Positions 1 to 10,260 are shown, numbered from the stretch's first letter. The stretch: 64,000 nt of DNA from Minisyncoccota bacterium (GCA_041651055.1 JBAZJW010000001.1:242661-306660); one strand, 5' to 3'. Made by a program: numbers and translations. Notes: generated by a model from the sequence alone, not told the origin.

Positions 1-118
1 TCGCTCCTTCTGTTTTTCTCCAATACGGAATCCATACTGCCTTATCAAAAGGAATCGTTGCAGCAAAAGCCACCTCACATAAAGAGACGACAAGAAACGT
101 ACTAATAAAAAGTTTTTT
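1..118 (-). CDS. N-terminal fragment of a secreted/membrane protein continuing past the window edge (MKKLFISTFLVVSLCEVAFAATIPF...)
   Basis: Reverse-complement ATG at 116-118 followed by a signal-peptide-like hydrophobic stretch; only 39 codons in window. Confidence 0.3.
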
Positions 119-162
119 CATTCTACTTAGTATAACAGACGAACGAGCGCCTCTGTGACAAA

Positions 163-1575
163 CTATTTCTTAGTAACTTCGATATGTAATTCTTTTAATG
201 TCTTTTCTGGTGCAGGACTTGGCGCTTGCATAAGAACATCTTTTCCTTCCCCTGTCTTTGGGAAAGCGATTACTTCACGAATGTTCGGCTCGTTTAAGAG
301 AAGCATAAGAAATCTATCTAATCCCCATGCGATGCCGCCGTGTGGTGGTGTGCCAGCTGCGAGTGCACGAAGCATATGACCGAAATTAGTTTCGATTCTT
401 TCTGGAGAATATCCCATGATTTCAAAAACATTTTTAAGTTGTTCAGATTTGTGAATTCGTACTCCTCCTCCACCTATCTCATATCCGTTCATAGCGATGT
501 CGTACTGTGTTGAAAGTATACTGCCAATATTTTTCTTTTCCATAAAATCAGCAAGATAGTCTGCCTGAACACCTGTGAAAGGATTGTGTGTAAATGTCCA
601 CTCTCCTGTACCGTCGACGTTGTCCTCCCCTGTTCTTTCGAATGCTGGAAAATCAATCACCCAACAAAATGCGAGCAAGTTCGGATCATTTTTATCTTCG
701 CGGATATCTGGCTTATCAGAATTATATTTCTCCATCGCATCTTTGTAGGCAATGCGTGGGAAAGGAATACTCTGAATTCTTTTCTCTGGGAAAAGTTCTG
801 TTACAATCTTAATAAGTAAATCTTCATTCACTTTCATAACATCTTCACGAGCAACAAAACTCATTTCCATGTCGAGCTGTGTGAATTCTGGCTGACGATC
901 ACCACGAGTGTCTTCATCTCGCATACATTTCGCAATCTGGAAATATCTTTCGAACCCTCCAGCCATGAGAAGCTGCTTGTACTGCTGTGGTGACTGAGGA
1001 AGTGCATAAAAACTTCCTGGGTACAATCGTGCAGGTACGAGATAACTTCGTGAACCTTCTGGAGTAGGATTGGTAAGGAGAGGAGTCTCAACTTCGATGA
1101 AGCGCTGTGTATCCAAATAATCACGAATGTATTTCACAACCTTGTGACGTGTAATGATGTTTTTCTGAATACGAGCGCGGCGTTGATCCAAGTATTTATA
1201 TTCGAGACGAACTTCTTCGCCGACTTCGTAGCCGTCGGTAGAAATGTCGAAGCTTGGCGTCGTCGCTTCATTCAAAATTTCAATTGCCAAAACTTCGAGC
1301 TCTACATCACCGTTTATTACACCGGCTTTCATATTCTTTTCAGGGCGCTTGTTCACAATACCCTTTACAGTCACAACCCACTCAGGACGGACCTTTTGTG
1401 CCACCTCGAGGGCTTCTGTGTGATTAGGGAGCACGACAGCCTGAACCTTACCGGTGACATCACGAAGATCGAGAAATACCATTTTCCCTTGATCACGACG
1501 AACATCAATCCAGCCTTTAACGAGAATCTCCTCTCCCACACGCTCAGCAATATCTTTAATATAAATTCTTGGCAT
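163..1575 (-). CDS. aspS: aspartyl-tRNA synthetase, short archaeal/eukaryote-type form
   Basis: Class II aaRS motifs (FYALPQSPQ, GGGGVRIH, GLDRF). Start trimmed to MPRIYIKD at 1575; the upstream 48 codons of the ORF are non-protein-like. Confidence 0.9.
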   Translation of the reverse strand: MPRIYIKDIAERVGEEILVKGWIDVRRDQGKMVFLDLRDVTGKVQAVVLPNHTEALEVAQKVRPEWVVTVKGIVNKRPEKNMKAGVINGDVELEVLAIEILNEATTPSFDISTDGYEVGEEVRLEYKYLDQRRARIQKNIITRHKVVKYIRDYLDTQRFIEVETPLLTNPTPEGSRSYLVPARLYPGSFYALPQSPQQYKQLLMAGGFERYFQIAKCMRDEDTRGDRQPEFTQLDMEMSFVAREDVMKVNEDLLIKIVTELFPEKRIQSIPFPRIAYKDAMEKYNSDKPDIREDKNDPNLLAFCWVIDFPAFERTGEDNVDGTGEWTFTHNPFTGVQADYLADFMEKKNIGSILSTQYDIAMNGYEIGGGGVRIHKSEQLKNVFEIMGYSPERIETNFGHMLRALAAGTPPHGGIAWGLDRFLMLLLNEPNIREVIAFPKTGEGKDVLMQAPSPAPEKTLKELHIEVTKK

Positions 1576-1824
1576 AAAGTTAACCGTAAACAAATAGACA
1601 TACGAAATTCTATCTGTGTACGGACGATTACGGGAACCGTGGTGCCACCATACATTGCTACTTATTGTAGCCACTCGATTATTAAAATAGTAAGGCTCCG
1701 AAGTTGTTAATTTCATCAATACCTTAGTTTTATACTAACACAAAGAAGACAAAGGATACAAGAAAAATAAAAAACAATACTGACAAAAGTCTGTATTTCG
1801 TACTCCCTGCTTCCTGCTTCTTTC

Positions 1825-2805
1825 TTATTGCAATCCAACCTGAGTACGAACAAGACTCATAGTTTCTTGTGCTTTTACTTGCGCCTTTTTCCCTCCTTCC
1901 GCCAGAATAGCTTTAATTTTTTCTGGATTACCCATGAGGTCATCAAAAGTTTCTTTCTTCCCCTCTCGCCATTGTGTAATCGTTGCAAGAAGATCATCTT
2001 TTGCCTGCTTGTAACCATAACCACCGTCTTCAAACTTCGCACGCAACGCAGCGTCTTCTTCTGTACTCAAAAAAAGTTTATGGATAGCATATACATTATT
2101 CGTATCAGGATTTTTCTTTTCTTCTGGGGTAGCACTATCTGTCACAATACTCATCACCGCTTTCTTTACTTCTTCGTCACTTCCAAAAAGAGAAATAACA
2201 TTTCCTTTACTCTTGCTCATTTTTTCGCCATCTATTCCTGGAACAGTCGCCACGTCTGGGACGATATATTCTTTCGGAAGTTTGAACTGTTCAACATTCC
2301 ATGCTCGATTATAGAATCCAGCAATATCACGTGCGTATTCTACATGCTGCTTCTGATCAGAACCAACAGGAACGATGTCCGCTTGGTACATCAAAATATC
2401 AGCTGCCATAAGAACAGGATAATCAAAGAGTCCCGCGTTAACTTCTTTACTTTTTGCTTCATGATCTTTGAAAGCGTGTGCCCGCATAAGATACGGGACA
2501 GTTACAATATTATTTAAAATGACACAGAGTTCTGTATGTGCGGGCACGTCTGATTGTTTGAACAAAATTGCTTTACTAAGATCAAGACCACATGCGACAT
2601 ATGCTGCGACAATTTCATGTGTTGATCGGCGAAGATCTTCGGCATTCTTCACCGTTGTAAGAGCATGATAATCTGCAATAAAGATGTACGGCTCAAATTC
2701 ATCACCATTGGCAAGTTCTATGTTTGGTTTTACAACTGCAAAATAATTACCAAAATGAAGGCGTCCGGAAGCTTGTATACCTGATACGAGAATTTTCTTT
2801 GACAT
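1825..2805 (-). CDS. trpS: tryptophanyl-tRNA synthetase
   Basis: HFGNY (HIGH-like) and KMSKS motifs. Start trimmed to MSKKILVSGIQ at 2805. Confidence 0.9.
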   Translation of the reverse strand: MSKKILVSGIQASGRLHFGNYFAVVKPNIELANGDEFEPYIFIADYHALTTVKNAEDLRRSTHEIVAAYVACGLDLSKAILFKQSDVPAHTELCVILNNIVTVPYLMRAHAFKDHEAKSKEVNAGLFDYPVLMAADILMYQADIVPVGSDQKQHVEYARDIAGFYNRAWNVEQFKLPKEYIVPDVATVPGIDGEKMSKSKGNVISLFGSDEEVKKAVMSIVTDSATPEEKKNPDTNNVYAIHKLFLSTEEDAALRAKFEDGGYGYKQAKDDLLATITQWREGKKETFDDLMGNPEKIKAILAEGGKKAQVKAQETMSLVRTQVGLQ

Positions 2806-2825
2806 GCGTAGTAGTATATCAAACA

Positions 2826-2866
2826 AATGAGTTGCCACGAAGTGGCCGCTCATTTGTTCTTACTCT
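2826..2866 (-). terminator. hairpin ACAAATGAG..CTCATTTGT followed by TTTGAT on the minus strand, downstream of dnaJ and R1 copy A
   Basis: 9-bp stem with nested GGCCAC/GTGGC hairpin then a U-rich tract. Confidence 0.55.
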
Positions 2867-2895
2867 ATACCATAAAGCAATTTGTAAGTTAAAAA

Positions 2896-3005
2896 TTGCT
2901 TCAGATACGAGGCGGAAGAAATTTTTACGACCAAGACGTACGCATAGTACGTCGCGTGGAGGAAAAATTTCTTCCAACGAAGTAGATGGAGTGATTTTGA
3001 GCTTA
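2896..3005 (-). repeat. R1 structured repeat, copy A, between dnaJ stop and the trpS promoter
   Basis: Shares AGATACGAGG 5' flank, outer stem GGAAGAAATTTTT/AAAAATTTCTTCC, inner hairpin GACGTACGCATAGTACGTC and CGAAGTAGATGGAGTGATTTT 3' flank with copies at 7654, 14148, 39664. Confidence 0.7.
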
Positions 3006-4097
3006 CAAGCCCTCTTCTTTTAACCCGTCAATGTGAGTTAGAGCTTTCTTCGAAAGCTTCTTCGGCATATGAATATCCAATTTCACAAGAACATCTCCTC
3101 TCTTTCCTTTTTCATGAATATACGGAACACCTCGAGAACGCACACGGAGTATTTCTCCTGTAGCTGCACCGGATGGAATGTCGATATCAATAGAACCATC
3201 GAGTCCATCAATCGTATGCTTCACACCGAGTAAGGCATCAGTGAGTTTGATACTGTGCGTAATACTCAAATCGTTTCCTTCACGCTTCCACACTTTGTGT
3301 GGTGTAACATTTATTTTTACATACAAATCCCCGGTCGTTCCACCTGAGACAGCTTCTCCCATTTGTGACATACGAATCATTTCGCCATTTGCGATTCCTG
3401 CCGGAATCGCAATATTCACTTCTTCACGAGAGTTCACAATACCGTTGCCCTTACAATCATGACACTTCTCTTCAGGAACTTTCCCTGTACCACGACATGC
3501 ATCACACGTATGTACGGTCTGGAAATTACCCATGAATGTTTTCTTCACATCATGCACTTTTCCTTGACCATTACAGGTCGTACAGGTTTTCATTTTTGTT
3601 CCAACTTTTGCCCCCGTGCCTGTACATGTCTTACATGTATTTACTTTCGATAGCAAAACGTTTCTCTCTGTACCAAAGATGGCTTCTGCAAATGGGATGT
3701 CAATTTCAAGTGAAATGTCTCGTCCGCGTTTAGGGCGTGATCCGAAACCGTTGCCTCCTTGTCCACCAAATATATCTCCGAATATATCTCCGAGATCACC
3801 AAAATCAAATTCCATACCCTGGAAGTCTGATTGATTGAATCCACCACCGAACCCTCCGAAGCCTCCCGCTTGTGGTCCTTGACCATTGAATGTCTGACCG
3901 TACGTATCGTATTCTTTTCGCTTCTTTTCGTCAGAGAGTGTTTGATAGGCTTCGTTTATTTCCTTAAACTTCGCTTCATCCCCTCCCTTTTTGTCAGGAT
4001 GATACTTGGCCGCAAGTTTATAGAACGCCTTTTTTATATCGTCTTTTGACGCCCCCTTATCTACCCCAAGCACGTTGTAATAGTCTTTAGTTGCCAT
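3003..4097 (-). CDS. dnaJ: chaperone DnaJ
   Basis: J domain with HPD, G/F-rich linker, four CxxCxGxG zinc-finger repeats. Confidence 0.95.
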   Translation of the reverse strand: MATKDYYNVLGVDKGASKDDIKKAFYKLAAKYHPDKKGGDEAKFKEINEAYQTLSDEKKRKEYDTYGQTFNGQGPQAGGFGGFGGGFNQSDFQGMEFDFGDLGDIFGDIFGGQGGNGFGSRPKRGRDISLEIDIPFAEAIFGTERNVLLSKVNTCKTCTGTGAKVGTKMKTCTTCNGQGKVHDVKKTFMGNFQTVHTCDACRGTGKVPEEKCHDCKGNGIVNSREEVNIAIPAGIANGEMIRMSQMGEAVSGGTTGDLYVKINVTPHKVWKREGNDLSITHSIKLTDALLGVKHTIDGLDGSIDIDIPSGAATGEILRVRSRGVPYIHEKGKRGDVLVKLDIHMPKKLSKKALTHIDGLKEEGL

Positions 4098-4230
4098 ATA
4101 GTTTGTTAGTATCTTTATACCATAATAGATGAAGGCTACGCAAGTAGTATCTTTGACAATTTATTGAAAAGTTGTAGTATAAGGTTCAATTGTACACGTC
4201 TTCTAAATCTTACACGAAAGGACTTTACCC

Positions 4231-4716
4231 ATGAAAACAACACTTGAGGGGTTGCGGTCGGAGCAAGAGACATTTGAGTTGAATCTGCCACGCAGTTACC
4301 CCGACTGCCTGAAGCGGTTGAACAAGCCGTTCCATCTACCGAATAAAAACGGATTTTGGTACAAGGGTGCTCCGATTGTGGTAGTTAGGTGCTTTGACTC
4401 TCGCTACTCTGCATCGATGTACCGACTTTGCGGAGTAATGGATGCCCACATGCTCTTACCGTTCCCAAAGTTGTTGCCAGCTGAGGCGGAAGAAATAGTT
4501 TGGCAGATCGCAGTAAAGAACGAGCTGTTCCGACATCATGGATACATCATCACCACCCGGTTCCATGATGAAGTCTTTGGCTACAGGTACAGTTTTGCTG
4601 ACGGAGAGCGGAGAACTTTGAAAGTCGATAAACACAAAACTCTTCTTCCAAACATCATCCCCCTTGGGGAAGATATCATTTTCTTTAACCTCGGACTGAA
4701 ACGCCTGAACGGTTAA
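4231..4716 (+). CDS. hypothetical protein (ORFan P1) on the opposite strand between dnaK and dnaJ
   Basis: 161-aa ORF with AAAGGA SD 9 nt upstream, own terminator, appears more GC-rich than its neighbours by eye. Confidence 0.6.
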   Translation: MKTTLEGLRSEQETFELNLPRSYPDCLKRLNKPFHLPNKNGFWYKGAPIVVVRCFDSRYSASMYRLCGVMDAHMLLPFPKLLPAEAEEIVWQIAVKNELFRHHGYIITTRFHDEVFGYRYSFADGERRTLKVDKHKTLLPNIIPLGEDIIFFNLGLKRLNG

Positions 4717-4749
4717 GGACTGGCCGTAAAAAAGTCAAAAGCACAACAA

Positions 4750-4790
4750 AAAGCTGGATAGCCCTCTCGGGTTATCCAGCTCTTTTTATT
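4750..4790. terminator. bidirectional intrinsic terminator (GCTGGATA...TATCCAGC with T/A runs either side)
   Basis: 8-bp stem with GC-rich loop and flanking T runs on both strands; serves the 4231 gene and dnaK. Confidence 0.7.
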
Positions 4791-4798
4791 TCTACTAT

Positions 4799-6685
4799 TT
4801 ACGCCTGTGGTTCGTCTTTCTTTTCTTCTGTATCTGTATTTTCTGTTGTCTGTTCACTGTTTTCTGTTGGCTTTACTTGATCATTAGCAGACTTCATCGC
4901 CTCCCCTATTTTCATCATTTTTTCAGAGAGTGATTCTGTCGCCTTTTTGACTGCTTCTATCTCTCCACCTTCACGAACTTTTTTCACTTCATCGATTGCA
5001 TCAGTAACTTCTTTCTTAATATCATCACTGATTTTTCCTTCAGCATCTTTGAGTGCCTTCTCTGCAGTATGAACCATCGCGTCTGCCATATTTTTAGCTT
5101 CCACATGTTCCATCTTTTTCTTATCCTCATCAGCATGAGCTTCCGCATCCTGCTGCATACGCTTGATATCTTCATCAGAGAGACCACTTGAAGCTTCGAT
5201 ACGAATAGACTGAGCCTTACCGGATGTTTTGTCCAAGGCTTTCACATTCAAGATTCCATTGGCATCCACATCGAAGGTCACTTCCACCTGTGGCATACCG
5301 CGTGGTGCTGGAGGAATACCATCCAAGATAAATCTACCGAGCGACTTGTTGTCTGCTGCGAGTGGTCGTTCACCTTGTGTGATGTGAATCTCCACTGATG
5401 TCTGATTATCCGCTGCCGTCGAGAATGTCTGAGACTTCGATGTTGGAATAGTCATATTCTTTTCTACAAGCTTCGTCGCGACACCTCCCATTGTCTCGAT
5501 ACCAAGAGAAAGTGGAATCACATCGAGCAAGAGAACATCCTTCACATCACCTTGTAGCACACCAGCCTGTACAGCCGCACCGAGTGCCACCACTTCGTCT
5601 GGGTTAATCGTTCGGTTCGGTTCTTTACCAAAGAGTGCCTTCACCGCCTCCACAATCATAGGCATGCGCGTCTGACCTCCAACCATAATAATTTCATTAA
5701 TTTCTTCTTTCTTAAATGGTGAAGCGTCAATTGCGCGCTTTGTGATTTCGATAGAACGATCAACGAATTCTTTTGAAAGTTCTTCAAGCTTTGCACGAGT
5801 TACCTTTACAACTAAGTGCTTTGGTCCGTCTACACCTGAAGTGATGAATGGAAGGTTTATTTCCGTTTCCATTTGAGATGAAAGTTCGTGCTTTGCTTTT
5901 TCTGCAGCCTCATCGAGACGCTGAAGAGCGAGTGCATCGGTCGACACATCAATACCTTGATCCTTCTTGAATTCATCCGCAATGTATCTCACAAACATCT
6001 GATCGATATCACGACCACCCAAGTGTGAGTCTCCATCTACTGACTTCACTTCCACCACACCATCACCCACTTCGAGAATAGAGATGTCGAATGTTCCTCC
6101 TCCGAAGTCATACACGGCAATCTTTTCATTCTTCTGTGAATTGAATCCATACGCAAGAGCAGCGGCTGTTGGTTCTGGAATAATACGCATCACTTCAAGT
6201 CCGGCAATTTTTCCAGCAGCGATTGTCGCCTGACGCTGTACGTCGTTGAAATATGCGGGCACGGTAATAACAGCCTGTGTGATTGTCTCACCGAGCTTCG
6301 CTTCTACATCTGCTTTTATTTTCTGAAGAATCATCGCAGAAATTTCTTCTGGACGAGAATCCTTACCTCCGAGAGAAATGAGCACGCCACCATTGTCACT
6401 CGCTTTTATTTTGTATGCTACACGAGGAATGTCATTCTGTACTTCTTTATCAGCAAATGAATGACCCATGAAGCGCTTCACACCGTACACAGTGTTTTCT
6501 GGATTGGTTACTGCCTGACGCTTTGCAATCTGGCCGACAGCACGTTCACCATTTTTGTTCACTGAAACAACCGACGGAGTCGTACGGTTCCCTTCGAGGT
6601 TCTCGATGATTTTTGGCTGTCCAGCTTCGATGATTGCGACAGCACTGTTTGTTGTTCCCAAGTCAATTCCGATTATTTTTGCCAT
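4799..6685 (-). CDS. dnaK: chaperone DnaK (Hsp70)
   Basis: [18 protein letters not shown], IVLVGGxTRMP-type motifs over the full length. Confidence 0.97.
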   Translation of the reverse strand: MAKIIGIDLGTTNSAVAIIEAGQPKIIENLEGNRTTPSVVSVNKNGERAVGQIAKRQAVTNPENTVYGVKRFMGHSFADKEVQNDIPRVAYKIKASDNGGVLISLGGKDSRPEEISAMILQKIKADVEAKLGETITQAVITVPAYFNDVQRQATIAAGKIAGLEVMRIIPEPTAAALAYGFNSQKNEKIAVYDFGGGTFDISILEVGDGVVEVKSVDGDSHLGGRDIDQMFVRYIADEFKKDQGIDVSTDALALQRLDEAAEKAKHELSSQMETEINLPFITSGVDGPKHLVVKVTRAKLEELSKEFVDRSIEITKRAIDASPFKKEEINEIIMVGGQTRMPMIVEAVKALFGKEPNRTINPDEVVALGAAVQAGVLQGDVKDVLLLDVIPLSLGIETMGGVATKLVEKNMTIPTSKSQTFSTAADNQTSVEIHITQGERPLAADNKSLGRFILDGIPPAPRGMPQVEVTFDVDANGILNVKALDKTSGKAQSIRIEASSGLSDEDIKRMQQDAEAHADEDKKKMEHVEAKNMADAMVHTAEKALKDAEGKISDDIKKEVTDAIDEVKKVREGGEIEAVKKATESLSEKMMKIGEAMKSANDQVKPTENSEQTTENTDTEEKKDEPQA

Positions 6686-6749
6686 ATTTTAAATAGTAAT
6701 TAGTTAGTAGTAATTCGTAATTAGTTAAATTCAAATTCAATTTCTGTGT

Positions 6750-6826
6750 GCTTCTAGCTTCTAGCTTTCAGTTTTTAACTTCCCCTTCTTCGCTTCTAGC
6801 TTCCGGCCTTAAGCTTCTAGCTTCTC
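6750..6826. promoter_or_regulatory. cluster of 3-4 direct repeats of GCTTCTAGCTTC between grpE stop and dnaK start
   Basis: gcttctagcttctagc, cgcttctagcttcc, aagcttctagcttctc. The last copy overlaps the grpE TAG stop. No CIRCE element present. Confidence 0.4.
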
Positions 6827-7485
6827 TCTTCCAGATGCCCTACATGCACTCGAGCGGGACGTAAAATTGTATCGTGCATGCGGTATCCACTCTGTAAGAT
6901 ACGTACAAGCGTATCATTTTCTTTCTCATTGGTAACAGGAACCATTTCCATACTTTCATGAAGATTCGGATCAAAGGTATCTCCAACGTTTCCGAATTGC
7001 GTGACACCTTCATTCTCAAGCACTGTTCTCAGTTGCCCAAAGATGTACTCAATACCGATTCTCCAATTCTGGTCTACCTTTTCCCATGCTTCCACATTCC
7101 CTTTTGCCATATCGTATGAATCAAGAACGGGAAGCAATTCTTCAATAAATCGTTTGGTGGAAAACTTTCTTTCAGAGAGACGGTTCGCATCTACTTCTTT
7201 TTTGAAGTTCATGTAATCCGCTCGTGTGCGCTGAGAAAGATCGAGATACTCCTGCTTCTCCCCTTCTAGCTTTTTAATTTTCTCTCGCAACTTTTTGATG
7301 GTACTACGAGCGTCTACTTCACCCTCCTCGTTTACATCCTCGAACGAAACATCATCAACTTCTGACTCGTTCTTCGTTCTTCGTTCTTCGTTAGGAGTTT
7401 CTCGCTCTGCACTTCTTACTTCTTGCTGTTCCTTGTTTTCTTCTTCATTATTCATATTGTTCAGTGTTCTAAGTTTAATAAACAC
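6817..7485 (-). CDS. grpE: nucleotide exchange factor GrpE
   Basis: GrpE C-terminal signature (DPNLHESMEMVP, ILRPARV) with an acidic N-terminal tail; start could be the internal Met at 7455. Confidence 0.9.
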   Translation of the reverse strand: MFIKLRTLNNMNNEEENKEQQEVRSAERETPNEERRTKNESEVDDVSFEDVNEEGEVDARSTIKKLREKIKKLEGEKQEYLDLSQRTRADYMNFKKEVDANRLSERKFSTKRFIEELLPVLDSYDMAKGNVEAWEKVDQNWRIGIEYIFGQLRTVLENEGVTQFGNVGDTFDPNLHESMEMVPVTNEKENDTLVRILQSGYRMHDTILRPARVHVGHLEERS

Positions 7486-7653
7486 GGTCTCTTTATCTAT
7501 TGCAGTTCTATCGTTACTATCGTGTCTTTCGTGTCAGCAGTATACCATTTTCCCTCACTCTCTGTTTATAGATTATTTAAGAAAATAAGTCAAGAAAAAA
7601 GCCTCCTTTCGGAGACTTTTTACGATTAACGCTTTGATAAACGGTATAAATAT

Positions 7654-7780
7654 TGAGATGAATGCAAGGCGTGAGAAATTTTTGCGACCAACAAATCTAT
7701 TTTGGTCCAAGACCTGAATTTGCTAATTCAGATGCGTGGAGGAAAAATTTCGAGAAACGCAGCAGTCGCTCAATATTTTA
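7654..7780 (-). repeat. R1 structured repeat, copy B (divergent core) between rpsI and grpE
   Basis: Keeps flanks GAGAAATTTTTGCGACCAA and GCGTGGAGGAAAAATTTC (outer stem GAAATTTTT/AAAAATTTC) but carries a different inner hairpin CTGAATTtgctAATTCAG. Confidence 0.6.
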
Positions 7781-7840
7781 TCGTTTAGACCACCCATTCG
7801 ACTCGCCTAAGGCAGACAAGGCTCGCTCAGGGTGTCGTAA

Positions 7841-7884
7841 GCGATAATAATAAAATCCCCTTTCGGGGATTTTATTATTATCGC
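7841..7884. terminator. perfect 20-bp palindromic hairpin GCGATAATAATAAAATCCCC-TTTC-GGGGATTTTATTATTATCGC overlapping the rpsI stop codon
   Basis: Seen directly; the rpsI stop codon lies inside the 3' arm. Confidence 0.7.
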
Positions 7885-8285
7885 TTACTCCAAGTTGGTG
7901 CCTTTCGAGCTTTCTTAAGCCCGAACTTCTTTCGTTCCACCTGACGTGAATCACGCTTTAGGAATCCAAGTTTCTTAAGGGTATTCTTGATATCTTCATC
8001 ACGAAGAACAAGTGTGCGAGAAATACCATGACGAACAGATTCTGCTTGTGCATGAATACCTCCACCAGAAACGTGTACGGTGATAGTAAATTTTTCCGCA
8101 ACTTCACTCTTTGTGATTGCTTCCTGTGCGATCATTTGAAGTTCTTCTGTTACGAAGTAATCCTTCATTTCTTTATCGTTTACCGTAAACGAAGTCTTTG
8201 TCGCAGGAGTAATGCGAACACGAGCAGTTGCTGTCTTTCTGCGTCCTACGGCTTCAATGTAACGGTTTTTTGTATCTGCTGACAT
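7878..8285 (-). CDS. rpsI: 30S ribosomal protein S9
   Basis: Ends ...KKARKAPTWSKR; S9 signature throughout. Confidence 0.95.
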   Translation of the reverse strand: MSADTKNRYIEAVGRRKTATARVRITPATKTSFTVNDKEMKDYFVTEELQMIAQEAITKSEVAEKFTITVHVSGGGIHAQAESVRHGISRTLVLRDEDIKNTLKKLGFLKRDSRQVERKKFGLKKARKAPTWSKR

Positions 8286-8300
8286 ATATTATATAAATTA

Positions 8301-8645
8301 TTATTCCTCAATCGTGAGATTCTTCAAACGAATACCTTGAAGCTTGTTCTTTGGAAGCATTCCATTCACTGCATGTGAAATGAGTTCACTGTATCCTTTC
8401 TTTTCTACGACATAACTAAGAGGCATCTCTGTGAGTCCTCCAGGAAATCCTGAGTATGACTTATGAACACTCTCTTTCATTTTGTTACCAGAAACTTTAA
8501 CCTTAGAAGCGTTGATCACCTTCACAGATACATCTGCAACTCGGTTCTTCATGAAGTGAATACTGTCTTTTGCATTAAGAAGTGCAGCGACTTCTGATGC
8601 GAGTCGTCCGAGAGCTTTATCTGTTGCGTCAATTGTGTAGTTCAT
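8301..8645 (-). CDS. rplM: 50S ribosomal protein L13 (short form)
   Basis: IDATDKALGRLAS...YSGFPGG pattern typical of L13. Confidence 0.85.
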   Translation of the reverse strand: MNYTIDATDKALGRLASEVAALLNAKDSIHFMKNRVADVSVKVINASKVKVSGNKMKESVHKSYSGFPGGLTEMPLSYVVEKKGYSELISHAVNGMLPKNKLQGIRLKNLTIEE

Positions 8646-8662
8646 AAAAGTAAGGTTAAAGA

Positions 8663-9016
8663 TTATACGAATTCGATGATAGCCTTCTCAGCACCATCAG
8701 AAAGACGTGTAGGAAGTTTGAGAATACGAGTATAGCCACCTGTTACCGTTTTATACTTTGGAGCGTACTCTGAGAAAAGTTTGATTGTTTCAGAATCCTG
8801 ATTCATGATTCGAGACATGATCAAGCGACGACGTGCTACCGTGTCTTCTTTTGCAAGTGTTACAAGCTTTTCTACATGAGGACGGATTTCTTTTGCGCGA
8901 GCAAGTGTCGTCTCAATGCGTCCATGACGAATGAGATTGACCAAGAGACCACGAATAAAGGCTTTACGCTCGTTCTTTTCTCTTCCGAATTTTCTGAATG
9001 CTTTATGGTGTTTCAT
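8663..9016 (-). CDS. rplQ: 50S ribosomal protein L17
   Basis: L17-like sequence (RKLGRxxxHR, GRIETT) and position after rpoA. Confidence 0.9.
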   Translation of the reverse strand: MKHHKAFRKFGREKNERKAFIRGLLVNLIRHGRIETTLARAKEIRPHVEKLVTLAKEDTVARRRLIMSRIMNQDSETIKLFSEYAPKYKTVTGGYTRILKLPTRLSDGAEKAIIEFV

Positions 9017-9059
9017 AGGTTTCTAGATTCTCTACTATATCATGCCGACAGGTATATTG

Positions 9060-10031
9060 CTATGCCTTTAGGGAAAGATTCAAGTCTGAGAGTGCTTTCT
9101 TAATTTCAGTAATACCTTTCTCTCCAAGTCCGTCTGTAGAGAGTAGGTCGGCTTCAGTCTTGCGAGCGAGGCCTCCAGCTGTACGAACAGCTGCAGCAAC
9201 GAGTGCATTTTCGGTGCGTGTAGAAAGACCAAGATCTTCAATCTTCACCTTTGTCGCATCCGTTGTATCAAGTGCATCTCCAGCATCCATAATTGGAGCA
9301 TGTACTGATTCCTTTGGCATATCGACAACTTGTTCACGGAAGCCTACAACAGCCTGAAGCTGTGTAATCATCGTGTGAATAGCATCTTCGAGTGCTTCAT
9401 GTGGAGTAATAGTACCATCTGTTTCAATAGAAACACGAAGACGGTTATTGTCTGTACGATCACCAACACGCATGTTTTCTACTTCGTAACTAGCGCGACG
9501 AATAGGAGTAAATGAAGCGTCGAGAACGATTGTTCCGATATCAGCCTTTTCCTTCACAAGCACTTCACGTGGTACATAACCAAGCCCCTTTTCAACAGTG
9601 ATTTCAATTGCAATATCAACATCCTTTGCCGTTGATTCACAGATGTACTGATCCTTGTTCATGATTTCAAGCTGTGTAGGAAGTGTAATATCCTTGGCAG
9701 TTGTTGTCTTTGCACCCTTGATGTGAAGTGTTGCTTTCTGAGCGTCATCACCGTGTAGCTTAAAACGAGTCTTCTTAAGGTTAAGAATAATTGCGATCAC
9801 ATCTTCTTTGATACCATCAATAGCAGAAAATTCATGCTTTACACCATCAATAGAGAGTGATGTAATTGCAGCGCCAGGGATTGATGAAAGAATAATACGA
9901 CGAAGAGAGTTTCCGAGTGTATGTCCGTATCCTGGGTAAAGTCCGTCAATTTCGTAAACGCCTGAAGTGGCGTCTTCTTTAACAATTCTTGGCTTTGATG
10001 GCAAAATAATAGAATGTGAAGACATATGCAA
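9060..10031 (-). CDS. rpoA: DNA-directed RNA polymerase alpha subunit
   Basis: NTD motifs (GxGxTLGNSLRRILLSS) and a C-terminal helix-hairpin-helix domain. Confidence 0.95.
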   Translation of the reverse strand: MHMSSHSIILPSKPRIVKEDATSGVYEIDGLYPGYGHTLGNSLRRIILSSIPGAAITSLSIDGVKHEFSAIDGIKEDVIAIILNLKKTRFKLHGDDAQKATLHIKGAKTTTAKDITLPTQLEIMNKDQYICESTAKDVDIAIEITVEKGLGYVPREVLVKEKADIGTIVLDASFTPIRRASYEVENMRVGDRTDNNRLRVSIETDGTITPHEALEDAIHTMITQLQAVVGFREQVVDMPKESVHAPIMDAGDALDTTDATKVKIEDLGLSTRTENALVAAAVRTAGGLARKTEADLLSTDGLGEKGITEIKKALSDLNLSLKA

Positions 10032-10159
10032 TTAAGGTCTTAAGTTTTGGTTAATAGGTAGCAGCTACAGAAACACGTGACGAGAACCCTTATCAATAAA
10101 GTTCTCCTATTCTAACCCGAAATTGCAAAATATGCAAGTGTGTGGTAGTGGATACGGAG

Positions 10160-10252
10160 ACAGTTATTAATAATTAGTTATTGGTGGAATCAACACAATT
10201 TAATTGCGAATTTTCCGTATTAACTAATAACTAATTACCAATAACTAATTAC
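10160..10252. promoter_or_regulatory. long inverted repeat (TAATTAGTTATTGG ... CCAATAACTAATTA, 14 bp arms) in the rpsD-rpoA intergenic region
   Basis: Arms at 10170-10183 and 10237-10250 with nested extra copies of TAATTAGTTA; would form a large hairpin in the polycistronic mRNA. Confidence 0.45.
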
Positions 10253-10260
10253 TTTATCTT

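Noticed and set aside
155-1710. Plus-strand ORFs 155-379, 586-819, 594-812 and 1144-1710 overlapping aspS
   Set aside because: They lie antisense within a well-conserved aaRS gene; there are no RBS or promoter features, and the sequences are low-complexity.
1576-1719. Extra 48 N-terminal codons of the aspS ORF and a T-box-like string (reverse complement of 1637-1650 = TGGTGGCACCACGG, resembling AGGGUGGNACCGCG)
   Set aside because: The peptide (..SNVWWHHGSRNRPY..) is not protein-like and a proper start MPRIYIKD exists at 1575. The T-box match is partial (2-3 mismatches) with no specifier stem or terminator/antiterminator pair visible.
6686-6816. Possible CRISPR array or CIRCE element in the dnaK-grpE spacer
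   Set aside because: The repeats are only 12 nt with irregular, very short spacers, which is not CRISPR-like, and no TTAGCACTC-N9-GAGTGCTAA is present.
7662-7847. 61-aa plus-strand ORF in the grpE-rpsI spacer
   Set aside because: It coincides with R1 repeat copy B and the palindromic terminator. Its coding potential is explained by the repeat, and homologous ORFs are not present at the other R1 copies.
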